Below are positions 47,443 to 57,305 of a stretch of 64,000 nt of DNA, one piece after another (the first letter of the stretch is position 1; each line of letters starts with the position of its first letter). The stretch comes from an uncultured Methanosarcinales archaeon (lineage in GTDB: Archaea > Nanobdellota > Nanobdellia > Woesearchaeales > GW2011-AR4): assembly GCA_964585935.1 (NCBI GenBank), contig CAZPFO010000002.1:7465-71464 (forward strand). Reading direction: 5' to 3'. A model generated the notes under the pieces. The model did no database searches. It saw only the letters and a program-made list of their open reading frames with translations, and was not told where the DNA came from. The translations under genes were made by a program, and so were the position numbers.

Positions 47443-48510
47443 ATGAACAAACTAATTTTGGGAATGATTTTTCTAATGATGATAGTTGTGCCAATGGCAT
47501 ATGCTAAACCTGGGCAACTGTTGGTAGATAAGCTGGATGTTAAGGTTGATGAAAAGTGGGACAGGAGAATTACTGACGGGGACACAATAACAAGAGAAGC
47601 TGAACCTGGTTCTACAGTTGATTTTAAGATTGAGCTCAAGAATAATTATACAGACGCTGAGGATTTAAGAATTGAGGATATAACAGTTACTGTCACAATT
47701 GAAGGGATTGATGATGGAGAAGATATTGACGAGGAATCTAACGAGTTTGATATAAGGGAAGATGATGACAAGACTGTAACCATCAAATTCAAGCTGCCTA
47801 TCGAGATTGAAGAAGATACTTATAATGTATTAATTGAAGCAGAAGGTAAAGATGAGAATGGGACAGACCAAATGGTTGTATTGAATGTCGATCTAGAAGT
47901 TGAAAAAGAAGAGCAGGAGCTGAGGATTTACAGAAAGACATTGTCACCTTCAGAAGTGAAATGTGGCGGAATTGCAAGCTTAAACTTCGGCCTTATCAAC
48001 ACTGGCAGTGAAGACCAAGAAGATGTTGAGCTTATAATCTCAAATAACGATTTAGAGTATAATAATGTCGTTACAATAAGCGACATAACAGCAGATCCTT
48101 ACGAAGATGACAGCAAGTACCTTAAAACATACAGAATAGAGATTCCAGAAACTGCTGAACCTGGTATTTATCCACTGGATATAACAGTTAATTACGACAA
48201 TGGAGATGAAATCATTGAAGAGATTGTTGATATAACAGTCAGTGAGTGTGAAGTGGTGGTGGAAGAACCAGAAGAGGTTGTTGATGAAGAAACAGGTGGA
48301 GATGAGGATGTTGTTGTTGTAACACAGCCTCCAGCTGATACTGCTCCTGTTGTAACACAGCCAATAATAACAGGGCTAGCAACCGCAACTGAGGAGAAAT
48401 CTTTCTTTGAGAGTGGAACATTCATTGCATTACTGTTTGGAGCAGAAGCAATTATAGTAGTGATTGCAATATTGCTGGTAATGATGATTGTTAGAAAGAG
48501 AAAGCAATAA
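47443..48510 (+). CDS. acidic cell-surface protein with signal peptide and C-terminal TM-plus-basic anchor (possible archaeosortase-type sorting signal)
   Basis: AAGGTGGT Shine-Dalgarno-like motif then MNKLILGMIFLMMIVVPMAYA signal. D/E-rich beta-rich body. C-terminal ...TGLATATEE...GTFIALLFGAEAIIVVIAILLVMMIVRKRKQ. Confidence 0.5.
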   Translation: MNKLILGMIFLMMIVVPMAYAKPGQLLVDKLDVKVDEKWDRRITDGDTITREAEPGSTVDFKIELKNNYTDAEDLRIEDITVTVTIEGIDDGEDIDEESNEFDIREDDDKTVTIKFKLPIEIEEDTYNVLIEAEGKDENGTDQMVVLNVDLEVEKEEQELRIYRKTLSPSEVKCGGIASLNFGLINTGSEDQEDVELIISNNDLEYNNVVTISDITADPYEDDSKYLKTYRIEIPETAEPGIYPLDITVNYDNGDEIIEEIVDITVSECEVVVEEPEEVVDEETGGDEDVVVVTQPPADTAPVVTQPIITGLATATEEKSFFESGTFIALLFGAEAIIVVIAILLVMMIVRKRKQ

Positions 48511-48642
48511 ACTTTCTTTTTTACTTTTTTTATTTTCATTTACTTTATCTAGAAAAAAAGAGTTGTGAACTATTAATATGTCCTTACTTAGAAGTAACAA
48601 AAACAGAAAGGTTTAAAAAGGGGCAAGGTATACTATAATAAA

Positions 48643-49419
48643 ATGTTAGCACAAAAAAACTTTTTAGATGAATTAAAAAAGAACTTCAAGCTTAATATTT
48701 ATGAGGTTAAGGTATGGACTGCCTTGTTAAGCAGGGGGATAGCTGCTGCTGGCGAATTGGCTGATATTTCTGGGGTGCCAAGGTCAAGATGCTATGATGT
48801 CCTGGAAAGCCTTGAGAAAAAAGGATTTATTATAATGAAGATTGGGAAGCCAATAAAGTACATAGCTGTCCAGCCAGATGCCATTGTTGAAAGAGTCAAG
48901 AGAGATACAGAAGATAAGGCTGAAATGCAGACAGAGTTTATTGAAAATATAAGGCAGACAAACACTTTCAAGGAACTGGATCTTTTGCACAAGACAGGTG
49001 TAAAGCATATTGATATTACTGAATTATCAACCGCTATAACAGGCAGAGACAACCTAAACAGGTTTATCAAAAGCATGGTTGAAAAATCAAAGAAGAATGT
49101 CAAGATCATAACCACAAAAGACGGCTTCAAGAGAAAAGCAAAGGTTTTAAAAAATATTTTAGGAGATCTTGGAAAAAAGAAAGTCAATGTGGAGATTTTC
49201 AGCGAGATTGACAGTGAAACTGCTAAAAAGCTGCCTAAAAGCGTTAAATTAAATGAGTACAAGACAGACTCAAGATTCATAATGGTTGATAATGAGGAAT
49301 TATTATTCATGAGTTCTGATAAAGATTTAGATCCTGAATATGATTCAGGAGTGTGGGTGAAGAGCAAATTCTTTGTAGATGCCTTAAATGGAATGTTTGA
49401 AGATGGGTTAAAGGGATAA
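48643..49419 (+). CDS. TrmB-family transcriptional regulator
   Basis: N-terminal HTH LNIYEVKVWTALLSRGIAAAGELADISGVPRSRCYDVLESLEKKGFI, followed by a TrmB-like C-terminal domain. Confidence 0.7.
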   Translation: MLAQKNFLDELKKNFKLNIYEVKVWTALLSRGIAAAGELADISGVPRSRCYDVLESLEKKGFIIMKIGKPIKYIAVQPDAIVERVKRDTEDKAEMQTEFIENIRQTNTFKELDLLHKTGVKHIDITELSTAITGRDNLNRFIKSMVEKSKKNVKIITTKDGFKRKAKVLKNILGDLGKKKVNVEIFSEIDSETAKKLPKSVKLNEYKTDSRFIMVDNEELLFMSSDKDLDPEYDSGVWVKSKFFVDALNGMFEDGLKG

Positions 49420-49491
49420 ACAACTGCCTATTTTTTAAACAGAAAAGTTTAAAAGTGATTTATTATTGATTTTTTATAATAAAGGATTAAA

Positions 49492-49740
49492 ATGAAATTT
49501 ATGAAACCAAAACCAGTGGAAATTGATCGTACACATCCCAGTGATTTGGGTATTGAGGGGGAGGTACTAAAGCCAGATGTTAAACAAGTGTCAAAGGATA
49601 TAAGTGCCCTATTCCAACTTACTCATAAAAAAGTTGATTTAGCACGACCTGTACAAGGAGAAGATATACCTCAAAGCGAGTCTTCATCTTTATATGATGG
49701 GGGAGAAGCAAGTGTAAAAGAGGATTATAACCAAAAATAA
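49492..49740 (+). CDS. hypothetical protein
   Basis: 82 aa ORF; no family recognised. Confidence 0.3.
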   Translation: MKFMKPKPVEIDRTHPSDLGIEGEVLKPDVKQVSKDISALFQLTHKKVDLARPVQGEDIPQSESSSLYDGGEASVKEDYNQK

Positions 49741-49826
49741 TAATTTTATAAAATATTATTAAATTCCGATACATTTAAATATAACCTATACATTAACAAA
49801 AACATAAGAGTTCTTAAGGATTAAAG

Positions 49827-50465
49827 ATGATAGATGGAGAATTAAAAACCGGCACAACAACGGTAGGACTAGTATGTAAAGATGGTGTTATATTGGCAGC
49901 AGATAAGAGAGCAACTTCTGGTAATTTAATATCTTACAAAAAGTTTGAAAAAATAATGCCAATAACTGACAATATTGCTGTTACTGTTGCAGGTACTGTC
50001 TCTGATGTGCAGCTATTGACAAAGTACATAAAGGCTGAATTGAGACTAAAAGACATAAGAACAGGAAGAACGAGCAGTGTCAAGGAGGCAGCCAATTTAC
50101 TCGCAAGTATGGTTTATAATAACATAAGGAAGCTAAGCTTAATACCCGGGATTTCACATTTTTTAATTGGCGGTACAGATGATTCAGGATTGTACCTTTA
50201 TGACTTGGCTCCTGATGGGAGCATTGTGGAAGTGGATGATTTTGTGTCATCAGGCTCTGGCAGCGTCATGGCATATGGTGTTTTAGAAACTTTATATAAG
50301 GAGAATAGTTCAATTGAGGAAGGCACTAAGTTAGCTGTAAAGTGCATTAATGCGGCCTTGCAAAGAGACTCAGCATCAGGTGATGGCATTGATGTTATTG
50401 CAATAACAAAAGAAGGCGTAAAAAAAGTCATGACAAAAAAAGTCGAGTATAGAATCGAGGCTTAA
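49827..50465 (+). CDS. psmB: proteasome subunit beta
   Basis: Short propeptide, then the GTTTVGLVCKDGVILAADKRAT active-site Thr region. Confidence 0.9.
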   Translation: MIDGELKTGTTTVGLVCKDGVILAADKRATSGNLISYKKFEKIMPITDNIAVTVAGTVSDVQLLTKYIKAELRLKDIRTGRTSSVKEAANLLASMVYNNIRKLSLIPGISHFLIGGTDDSGLYLYDLAPDGSIVEVDDFVSSGSGSVMAYGVLETLYKENSSIEEGTKLAVKCINAALQRDSASGDGIDVIAITKEGVKKVMTKKVEYRIEA

Positions 50466-50511
50466 AAAAGTTGTTCTAAAAATCAATAAAAAATTATCAA
50501 TAGTATAATTT

Positions 50512-50680
50512 ATCATTAGGTGCACAAACACTGCACAATAAGTTGTGAGCGTGTATGTGCAGTCATTTTTTTATTTTAAATATTTAATAACAAATAAAAA
50601 AACTCAGATAATGAAAGCACAAATAATTGTGACTGTAGAACATAAACAATGATTAGAAATTCAAATGATAAATTAAAATA
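50512..50680 (+). repeat. conserved upstream module, copy 3
   Basis: Block A TAGGTGCACAAACACTGCACAATAAGTTGTGAGCGTGTATGTGCAGTC plus T-run. Block B AAAAACTCAGATAATGAAAGCACAAATAATTGTGACTGTAGAACATAAACAATG at 50596-50650. Block C ATTCAAATGATAAATTAAAATAATAAAATTGATTAA. ATG at 50721. Confidence 0.7.
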
Positions 50681-50720
50681 ATAAAATTGATTAATAAATT
50701 AAATTCTAAATTAAAGTAAA

Positions 50721-52613
50721 ATGAGCGAAATAATCAAGGAAATTATGCAGAATCTTCCAAGGGAGAAAATATCTGCAGCGAATTTTGAAGGTGCTAATAT
50801 TGTTCTTTATACAAAGGACAAGGATTTTTTTCTCAACAACAACGGCATGATCAAGGAAGTAGTTGACAGGATAAAGAAAAGGGTGGAGTTAAGGCCGGAT
50901 CCTGCAATAACAATGGATATGGAAAAGGCAGAAAAAGAGATTAAAAAGATAATCCCTGAAGAAGCAGGAATTGATGAAGTCATATTTGACCCTCAGAGAA
51001 GCAGAGTTATCATAGAGTCTGAAAAACCTGGATTGGCCATAGGAAAGCAGGGAGCAATTTTGAGAGATATAAGGGCAAAGACATTATGGGTGCCTTTAAT
51101 CAGGAGAAAGCCCGCTATAAAGTCAAAGATTATTGAGAATATAAGGGCTGTCCTTTATCAGAATTCTGAGTATAGGAGAAAGTTCCTTGATAAAGTAGGC
51201 CATAGGATTTATGATGGGTGGGTGAGGGAAAAGAAAAATGAGTGGATTAGAGTTTCGTATCTTGGCGGAGGAAGGCAGGTTGGAAGAAGCTGCTTGTTTT
51301 TACAGACACCTGAATCAAGAGTCCTGCTTGATTGCGGGATTAATGTGGCTAGTGATGACAAGGCTTACCCTTATTTAGAAGCGCCTGAATTTGATATAAA
51401 CCAGCTGGATGCTGTTATTGTGAGCCATAGCCATCTGGATCATAGCGGATTTGTGCCTTACCTGTTCAAGTTTGGGTACAGAGGCCCTGTCTACTGCACC
51501 GAGCCAACAAGGGATGTAATGGCCCTTTTAGCTCTAGATTTTATCAAGATACAGCGTTCAGAGGGAAAAGACCCTGTTTATGATGCTGAAGATATTAAAG
51601 AGATGGTAAAGCATACAATAACCCTGGATTATGATGAAGTAAGTGATGTAACGCCTGACGTAAGAATCACCTTGTATAATGCAGGCCATATTTTGGGAAG
51701 CTCTATGGTGCATCTTCATATAGGCAACGGGCTGCATAATCTTCTTTATACCGGAGATATGAAATACGGCAAGACAATGCTGCTGGAGCCTGCTATAACG
51801 CATTTCCCAAGGCTTGAAACATTGATGATAGAGGCTACATATGGCGCCAAAGAAAACGTTTTGCCTCCGCGGCACAAGCCTGAAGAGGAATGCAAGCAGA
51901 TAATCCAGGAAACTATCAAAAGAGGAGGCAAGGTTTTAATTCCTGTTCTTGGAACAGGAAGAGCACAGGAAGTCATGGTCCTGATAGAGAGCATGGTAAG
52001 AAGGGGGCTGATTGATAATATCCCTGTCTATATTGACGGCCTGGTGTGGGACATAACTGCAATACATACTGCTTATCCAGAGTACCTGAACAACATGGTA
52101 AGAAAATTAATATTCCATAAAGACCAGAATCCTTTTTTATCTGAGATTTTCAAAAGGGTCGGCAGCCAGAAAGAGAGGAAGGAGATCATTGAAGAAGGAG
52201 GACCTTGTGTTGTGATTGCAACATCAGGGATGCTGGTTGGCGGGCCTTCAGTTGAATATTTGAAAAATTTTGCAGACAATCCAAAAAATTCAATGATGTT
52301 TGTCTGTTATCAGGGTGAGGGCAGCCTTGGAAGAAGAATACAGAGAGGCGAAAAGGAATTTAATTTAGGAAGCGTAGCAAAGCCTGAGATGCTGAATATT
52401 AAGCTTGATGTCCATACAATAGAGGGCTTTACAGGACATTCGGGAAGAAATGAGCTGATGAATTTTGTTTCGAGATGCGAACCAAGGCCTAAAAAAATTA
52501 TTATAAACCACGGAGAAAACTCCAAATGTCTGGATTTGGCCAGTTCTTTGCATAAAAGCTACAGGGTTGAAACGAATGCTCCAAGGTGTTTGGAGACTGT
52601 AAGGATAAAATAA
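50721..52613 (+). CDS. archaeal CPSF1 / FttA (KH domains + metallo-beta-lactamase + beta-CASP)
   Basis: N-terminal KH repeats, HSHLDHSG zinc motif, and beta-CASP region; 630 aa, typical aCPSF1 length. Confidence 0.9.
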   Translation: MSEIIKEIMQNLPREKISAANFEGANIVLYTKDKDFFLNNNGMIKEVVDRIKKRVELRPDPAITMDMEKAEKEIKKIIPEEAGIDEVIFDPQRSRVIIESEKPGLAIGKQGAILRDIRAKTLWVPLIRRKPAIKSKIIENIRAVLYQNSEYRRKFLDKVGHRIYDGWVREKKNEWIRVSYLGGGRQVGRSCLFLQTPESRVLLDCGINVASDDKAYPYLEAPEFDINQLDAVIVSHSHLDHSGFVPYLFKFGYRGPVYCTEPTRDVMALLALDFIKIQRSEGKDPVYDAEDIKEMVKHTITLDYDEVSDVTPDVRITLYNAGHILGSSMVHLHIGNGLHNLLYTGDMKYGKTMLLEPAITHFPRLETLMIEATYGAKENVLPPRHKPEEECKQIIQETIKRGGKVLIPVLGTGRAQEVMVLIESMVRRGLIDNIPVYIDGLVWDITAIHTAYPEYLNNMVRKLIFHKDQNPFLSEIFKRVGSQKERKEIIEEGGPCVVIATSGMLVGGPSVEYLKNFADNPKNSMMFVCYQGEGSLGRRIQRGEKEFNLGSVAKPEMLNIKLDVHTIEGFTGHSGRNELMNFVSRCEPRPKKIIINHGENSKCLDLASSLHKSYRVETNAPRCLETVRIK

Positions 52614-52651
52614 TCAAAATCTTTTTATTCTATTTAATCAAAAATACTTAA

Positions 52652-53377
52652 ATGGCCGGTAAAAAGAGTGTGAAATTTTTTTCTTCAAAAGAAGAAAGGA
52701 GAACTGCATTACAGGTTCTGGTTTTAATTGCTGCATTTTTTGCTTTATTGGCTATATTGAGTTATCCTCTTCTGCCTTTATTCAAAGATGCAGTCAGATT
52801 GAGAGCTATAGTACAGGGCTTTGGCTTTTTTGGGCCTGCTTTCTTTATTTTACTGCAGGTCTTGCAGGTGTTAATAGCGCCAGTCCCTGGGCAGGCAGCT
52901 GGCTTTGTCAGCGGCTACATATTCGGGGTTTTCCCGGGAACTGTTTATACCATGATTGGCACCACCATTGGATCATATATCGCCTTTATTTTGGCAAGAA
53001 AATTTGGAAGGCCGTTTGTTGAAAAAGCCATCAGCAAGAGTTTATTGAAAAAATTTGACTATGTATCAAAAAGCAAAGGCGTATTTGCGCTTTTTTTGAT
53101 ATTTCTACTTCCAGCACTGCCTGATGATGCGATTTGTTTTATAGCCGGCTTGACAAAAATAAGGATAAGGGTTCTGGTTTTGATTGCTTTCCTTGGAAGG
53201 CTGCCTGGATTTTTTATATTGAATCTAGTTGGCAATGGGATGGCGCTTTCGCAATGGGAAACATCAGTTATAATATTCAGTTTGATGATTTTTGTTTCTT
53301 TGATTATATTTTTGTTCAGGAAACAGTTAGAAGATCATACAAATAATATTATTAAAAATAATTTTAAGGGAAAATAA
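52652..53377 (+). CDS. DedA/TVP38 (SNARE-associated) family membrane protein
   Basis: VPGQAAGFVSGYIFGVFPGTVYTMIGTTIGSYIAFILARKFGR signature. Confidence 0.75.
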   Translation: MAGKKSVKFFSSKEERRTALQVLVLIAAFFALLAILSYPLLPLFKDAVRLRAIVQGFGFFGPAFFILLQVLQVLIAPVPGQAAGFVSGYIFGVFPGTVYTMIGTTIGSYIAFILARKFGRPFVEKAISKSLLKKFDYVSKSKGVFALFLIFLLPALPDDAICFIAGLTKIRIRVLVLIAFLGRLPGFFILNLVGNGMALSQWETSVIIFSLMIFVSLIIFLFRKQLEDHTNNIIKNNFKGK

Positions 53378-53448
53378 AAAAATCAATCAATGTTAAAATA
53401 ATCAATAAAAAAAGAAATCAGGATAATCAATAAAAAACAAAAAAATTA

Positions 53449-53630
53449 ACCAATGGGTGCACAAACACTGCTTCACTAGTTGTGAGCGCGGATATGCAGT
53501 CGTTTTTTGATTTAATTTTTTTAAAACAAATAAAAATCGATAAAAAACGCAGATGATGAAAGCGCAAATAATTGTGCGTGTGGAACATTACCATTGATTG
53601 GATAATTATTGATAAAAAATCTAATTTTAT
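53449..53630 (+). repeat. conserved upstream module, copy 4
   Basis: Block A CCAATGGGTGCACAAACACTGCTTCACTAGTTGTGAGCGCGGATATGCAGTCG plus T-run. Block B AAAAACGCAGATGATGAAAGCGCAAATAATTGTGCGTGTGGAACATTACCATTG at 53543-53600. ATG at 53668. Confidence 0.7.
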
Positions 53631-53667
53631 CCAAATATTTAAATAAAAATCCTGTTTCTGCTTTTTC

Positions 53668-54561
53668 ATGGAAGAAGAAGTCAAAAATAAGTATATCAAA
53701 GCAGGGAAGATAGCTGCCCAGGTTTTAGAGTACGGCAAGGGGTTGATTAAAAAAGGCAATTCTTTATTGGATGTTGCTGAGAAAACTGAAAATAAGATAT
53801 TTGAGTTAGGGGCAAAGCCTGCTTTTCCTGTCCAGATGTCCATGAATCATGTTGCTGCCCATTCCTGCCCTGAAGAGGATGATAAGACTATGTTTGATGA
53901 GCAGGTTGTTTGCCTGGATGTAGGGGTTCATATTGGCGGTTATATAGGAGATAATGCATGCACAGTTGACTTATCAGGAAATTATGGGGATTTAGTTAAA
54001 GCGTCAGGAGAAGCGTTAGATGAGGCAATTAAGGTTGTCAAGGAGGGAATTACTTTGGGGGAGATAGGCAGGGCCATACATGACACTATTGTAAAATACG
54101 GCTTCAGCCCTGTGAGGAATTTATCAGGGCATGGCTTAGATGAATTCAAGCAGCATACAAAGCCTTCTATACCTAATTTTGATACCCAGGATAAGACTAA
54201 AATTGAGAAAGGGATGGTATTTGCGATTGAGCCTTTTGCTTCCACAGGCTCTGGAATTGTGCAAGACTCAGGCACGGGGAGTGTTTATGCTCTTGTGAAT
54301 ATGAAGCCTGTAAGAAGCCAAATAACAAGGGATGTTTTAAAGGAAATTAATGGTTATGATGGATTGCCGTTTGCAAAAAGGTGGCTGACAAAAAAGTTTG
54401 GTGTTAAGGCAAATTTTGCATTAAGGGAATTGCTGCAGAGAAATATCATCAGGGATTACAAGCCTTTGGCAGACAGCGCAAAAGGGATTGTTTCACAGGC
54501 TGAACATTCTCTGATGATTGATGATGATGGAAAAGTTATAATAACAACAAAACCAGATTAA
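53668..54561 (+). CDS. map: methionine aminopeptidase, type 2
   Basis: Pita-bread fold metal ligands in ...VCLDVGVHIGGYIGDNACTV... and the HGLDEF region; 297 aa. Confidence 0.9.
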   Translation: MEEEVKNKYIKAGKIAAQVLEYGKGLIKKGNSLLDVAEKTENKIFELGAKPAFPVQMSMNHVAAHSCPEEDDKTMFDEQVVCLDVGVHIGGYIGDNACTVDLSGNYGDLVKASGEALDEAIKVVKEGITLGEIGRAIHDTIVKYGFSPVRNLSGHGLDEFKQHTKPSIPNFDTQDKTKIEKGMVFAIEPFASTGSGIVQDSGTGSVYALVNMKPVRSQITRDVLKEINGYDGLPFAKRWLTKKFGVKANFALRELLQRNIIRDYKPLADSAKGIVSQAEHSLMIDDDGKVIITTKPD

Positions 54562-54592
54562 TTTTTAAATAAAAAATAATGCTTGATTAAAA

Positions 54593-54904
54593 ATGACAGA
54601 AAAAATATATGAAACCGCATCACAGTTATTTGAAATATTAGTAAAATCAAAAGATAGGGTTAATTTATCAGTAAATGAACGCAATTTTTTACTGAAGTCT
54701 ATTTACGGATTAAATGATTGTATAAAAAGCTCAGAACTGATTGATGTGTCTAGGATTGAAACAATAATAGGATTAATTAAAAATGGATCTTCTTCGCATA
54801 TGGGTGATGTAAAATACACCAATAGTGAAAAACAGAGTTACTATCGGCAATTATATAATGCATGTTGCGTTGTTCAAGAAAGTATTGATAATCAAAGGAC
54901 CTAA
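54593..54904 (+). CDS. hypothetical protein
   Basis: 103 aa ORF; no family recognised. Confidence 0.35.
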   Translation: MTEKIYETASQLFEILVKSKDRVNLSVNERNFLLKSIYGLNDCIKSSELIDVSRIETIIGLIKNGSSSHMGDVKYTNSEKQSYYRQLYNACCVVQESIDNQRT

Positions 54905-56172
54905 GGAATATTCTCTTTAATCTCAGCAGCAGTTAAAAGCTTTTCTTCTCCTGTTTTCATATTTTTCAATTTAACTTTGCCTTGTTTTAATTCCTCTTCA
55001 CCTATAAACAGAACGTAAGGAATGTTCAGGGAATTAGCATACTTTAAATTCTTGCTTGGGCCCTTGCCAGCCAGGTCAATATCAACATTAACGCCTTCTC
55101 TTCTCAGCTCTTCTGCTATCTTCATGCTTTCATCGAATGTGTTTATGGGTATGATATAAACCTGAGTTACTGTTTTTTTCTCTTCCTTGTTTTTTTCAAG
55201 ATAAGCATCATAAATCCTGTCCAGACCAAACGAAATTCCAACAGCAGGATAATCTCCCCTGCCTAAAAAGTCGCCAATCATCTTATCATATCTACCGCCT
55301 GCACAGACTGCGCTTTTTACTTTGGAGTTTTTCAGGAAGACTTCAATTACTGTTTCTGTATAATAACTTAATCCTCTTGCAAGAGAAGCATCAAATTCAA
55401 CATCAATATTTAACGATTTAAGAGAATTTAATAACCGCTCTATTTCATCTAAACTCTCAGAGTTTTTTATTATTTTTTTTAATTTTTTAATTTTTTCGTT
55501 ATTGGAACCTTTTATACTGATTGTTTTTAATATTTGATTGGTTGTTTTTTCATTGATCTTTTTCTCTTTTAATTCTTTTTTAACTGATTCTAAACCAAAT
55601 TTTTCGAGTTTGTCTATTGATAGAATTGTCTCTTCGATTTTGCTCTTATCAACTTTACAGTATTTCAAGATGTCATTCAATAATTTCCTGTTGTTGATCT
55701 TGATGGTGAAATCAAAACTCAGTTTTTTGAATACTAAATCTGTTAAGGACACTAGCTCAGCTTCTGCTGTCATTTCCTTACACCCTATAATGTCTACATC
55801 GCATTGAGTAAATTGTCTGTATCTTGCAGATTCAACTGGACCATCACGGAAAACTTTCCCAATTTGGTATCTTTTAAAGGGCAATTTTAAATTTGGATTA
55901 GAACCAACAAATCTTGCTAAGGGTACTGTTAAGTCATACCTTAAACCAAGATCCCTATTTCCCTGATCTTTAAGCTTGAATGTTTCTTTAAGAATTTCTG
56001 CTCCTCCGGCATACTTTGAAGCTAAGATATCATACCTTTCAGAGGTAGGGGTTTCCAAAGGAGGGTAGCCGTAAAGCTCAAAAGTGCTTTTTAGAGTATC
56101 AACTATCTTATTCCTCATTATCATCTCCTCGGGATTGAAATCCCGCGTTCCTTTTGGTAATTGGAGTTTCAT
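54901..56172 (-). CDS. hisS: histidyl-tRNA synthetase
   Basis: MKLQLPKGTRDFNPEEM N-terminus with class-II aaRS motifs; 423 aa. Confidence 0.9.
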   Translation of the reverse strand: MKLQLPKGTRDFNPEEMIMRNKIVDTLKSTFELYGYPPLETPTSERYDILASKYAGGAEILKETFKLKDQGNRDLGLRYDLTVPLARFVGSNPNLKLPFKRYQIGKVFRDGPVESARYRQFTQCDVDIIGCKEMTAEAELVSLTDLVFKKLSFDFTIKINNRKLLNDILKYCKVDKSKIEETILSIDKLEKFGLESVKKELKEKKINEKTTNQILKTISIKGSNNEKIKKLKKIIKNSESLDEIERLLNSLKSLNIDVEFDASLARGLSYYTETVIEVFLKNSKVKSAVCAGGRYDKMIGDFLGRGDYPAVGISFGLDRIYDAYLEKNKEEKKTVTQVYIIPINTFDESMKIAEELRREGVNVDIDLAGKGPSKNLKYANSLNIPYVLFIGEEELKQGKVKLKNMKTGEEKLLTAAEIKENIP

Positions 56173-56243
56173 TTTAACATTCTCTTATTTAGCTGGTTTA
56201 TAAAATTTGTGATGATTATACTCCTCTAAGCATCAATATAGAA

Positions 56244-57239
56244 CTATTTTATTATTTGGGAAGGATCTAATCTCACAATATCATCTGCGCCATGTCTTTT
56301 AAGTCCATAAGCTATATTCAACCATTTTGATTTTAGAATTTCAATACCTATTTGCAAATAGTTTCCTTCGTTAGCTGTGATAGTTGGTTCTTTTGTATAT
56401 AATTTTTCTCTTCTTAAATATTTCAACATCTGCTCTTTTTTCTTGTTAGGTATATTAAAAACAATATAATCAGTTTTTCTTGCTTTTACAACACCATCAA
56501 GCATTGTTTTTATAAAATCAATTTTTTTATTTTTCCAAGGATCTCTTAAAGCCTCTTCTGTGGTATAAAGTACTGCACTTGATTCTATTAAAGTATCAAT
56601 TGCTTTTAAGTTATTCTCATCTAAGGTTTTACCAGAAGATGAGCATTCTACAATAAAATCCGCTGATTGTTTGGGATTAACAGCTGATTCTGTAGCACCA
56701 TAAGAATCATTTATTATTAATCTTGTATTTTTACCTATTTTTCCAAATTTGGATACGATCATTGGTTTTCCTTGATTGAATAGTTCTCGATATTTCTTAT
56801 TTTTATAGATTTTATCTTGAGTTATAAAAGGGTATTCTGTATCACATCTCACAATATTTTTTTTTGATACTCTTTTAAGATATGAATTTAAATTTCTGAC
56901 ATTTAAGGTATCTGGTACTGCTACTACCAGATTTGCATATCCATATTCTAAATCAGATATCTTATCCAGTCCAAACCCTGCTAATCTCCACTCTTCTGCT
57001 ATATCCTGCCCTAATATAGCTAAATCAAAAACTCCATCTCGCAGTTCTCTAGGCATATTTTGGGGCCTGTCAACAATTACTTCTAATTCTGGATCATTTT
57101 TTATTTCGGGGGAATAAGATCTAGAAGAAGGGGAATAACCTCTAATATCAAAGCCTGCTTGTTTTAATAAAGCTTCAGTACTCCATCTATCTTTATCATT
57201 TAAGCTTCCTTTTGGTAATGCAAATCTAAGTTTCCCCAT
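56244..57239 (-). CDS. hisG: ATP phosphoribosyltransferase (long form)
   Basis: MGKLRFALPKGSL N-terminus, DLAILGQD, and the PRPP-loop region IVECSSSGKTLDENNLKAIDTLIESSAVL. Confidence 0.7.
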   Translation of the reverse strand: MGKLRFALPKGSLNDKDRWSTEALLKQAGFDIRGYSPSSRSYSPEIKNDPELEVIVDRPQNMPRELRDGVFDLAILGQDIAEEWRLAGFGLDKISDLEYGYANLVVAVPDTLNVRNLNSYLKRVSKKNIVRCDTEYPFITQDKIYKNKKYRELFNQGKPMIVSKFGKIGKNTRLIINDSYGATESAVNPKQSADFIVECSSSGKTLDENNLKAIDTLIESSAVLYTTEEALRDPWKNKKIDFIKTMLDGVVKARKTDYIVFNIPNKKKEQMLKYLRREKLYTKEPTITANEGNYLQIGIEILKSKWLNIAYGLKRHGADDIVRLDPSQIIK

Positions 57240-57305
57240 TTCACTAATCTTAATTTGTTCCTATTTATAAATCTTTTGGTTTTGTAACCACTAATAAGTA
57301 AAGAA

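Noticed and set aside
48192-48539. 115 aa minus-strand Ser/Thr-rich ORF
   Set aside because: It is antisense to the C-terminal part of the acidic surface protein gene (47443-48510), which has a signal peptide, Shine-Dalgarno-like motif and C-terminal anchor.
48784-49367. 191 aa minus-strand ORF
   Set aside because: It is antisense to the TrmB-family regulator, which has a clear HTH signature. The composition is low-complexity.
37776-53600. Block B of the repeated module as a C/D-box sRNA (contains GATGATGA)
   Set aside because: The C-box-like heptamer is not conserved in copy 1 (CTGCTGG) and no consistently placed CUGA D box is present. Conservation extends well beyond what a C/D guide would need.
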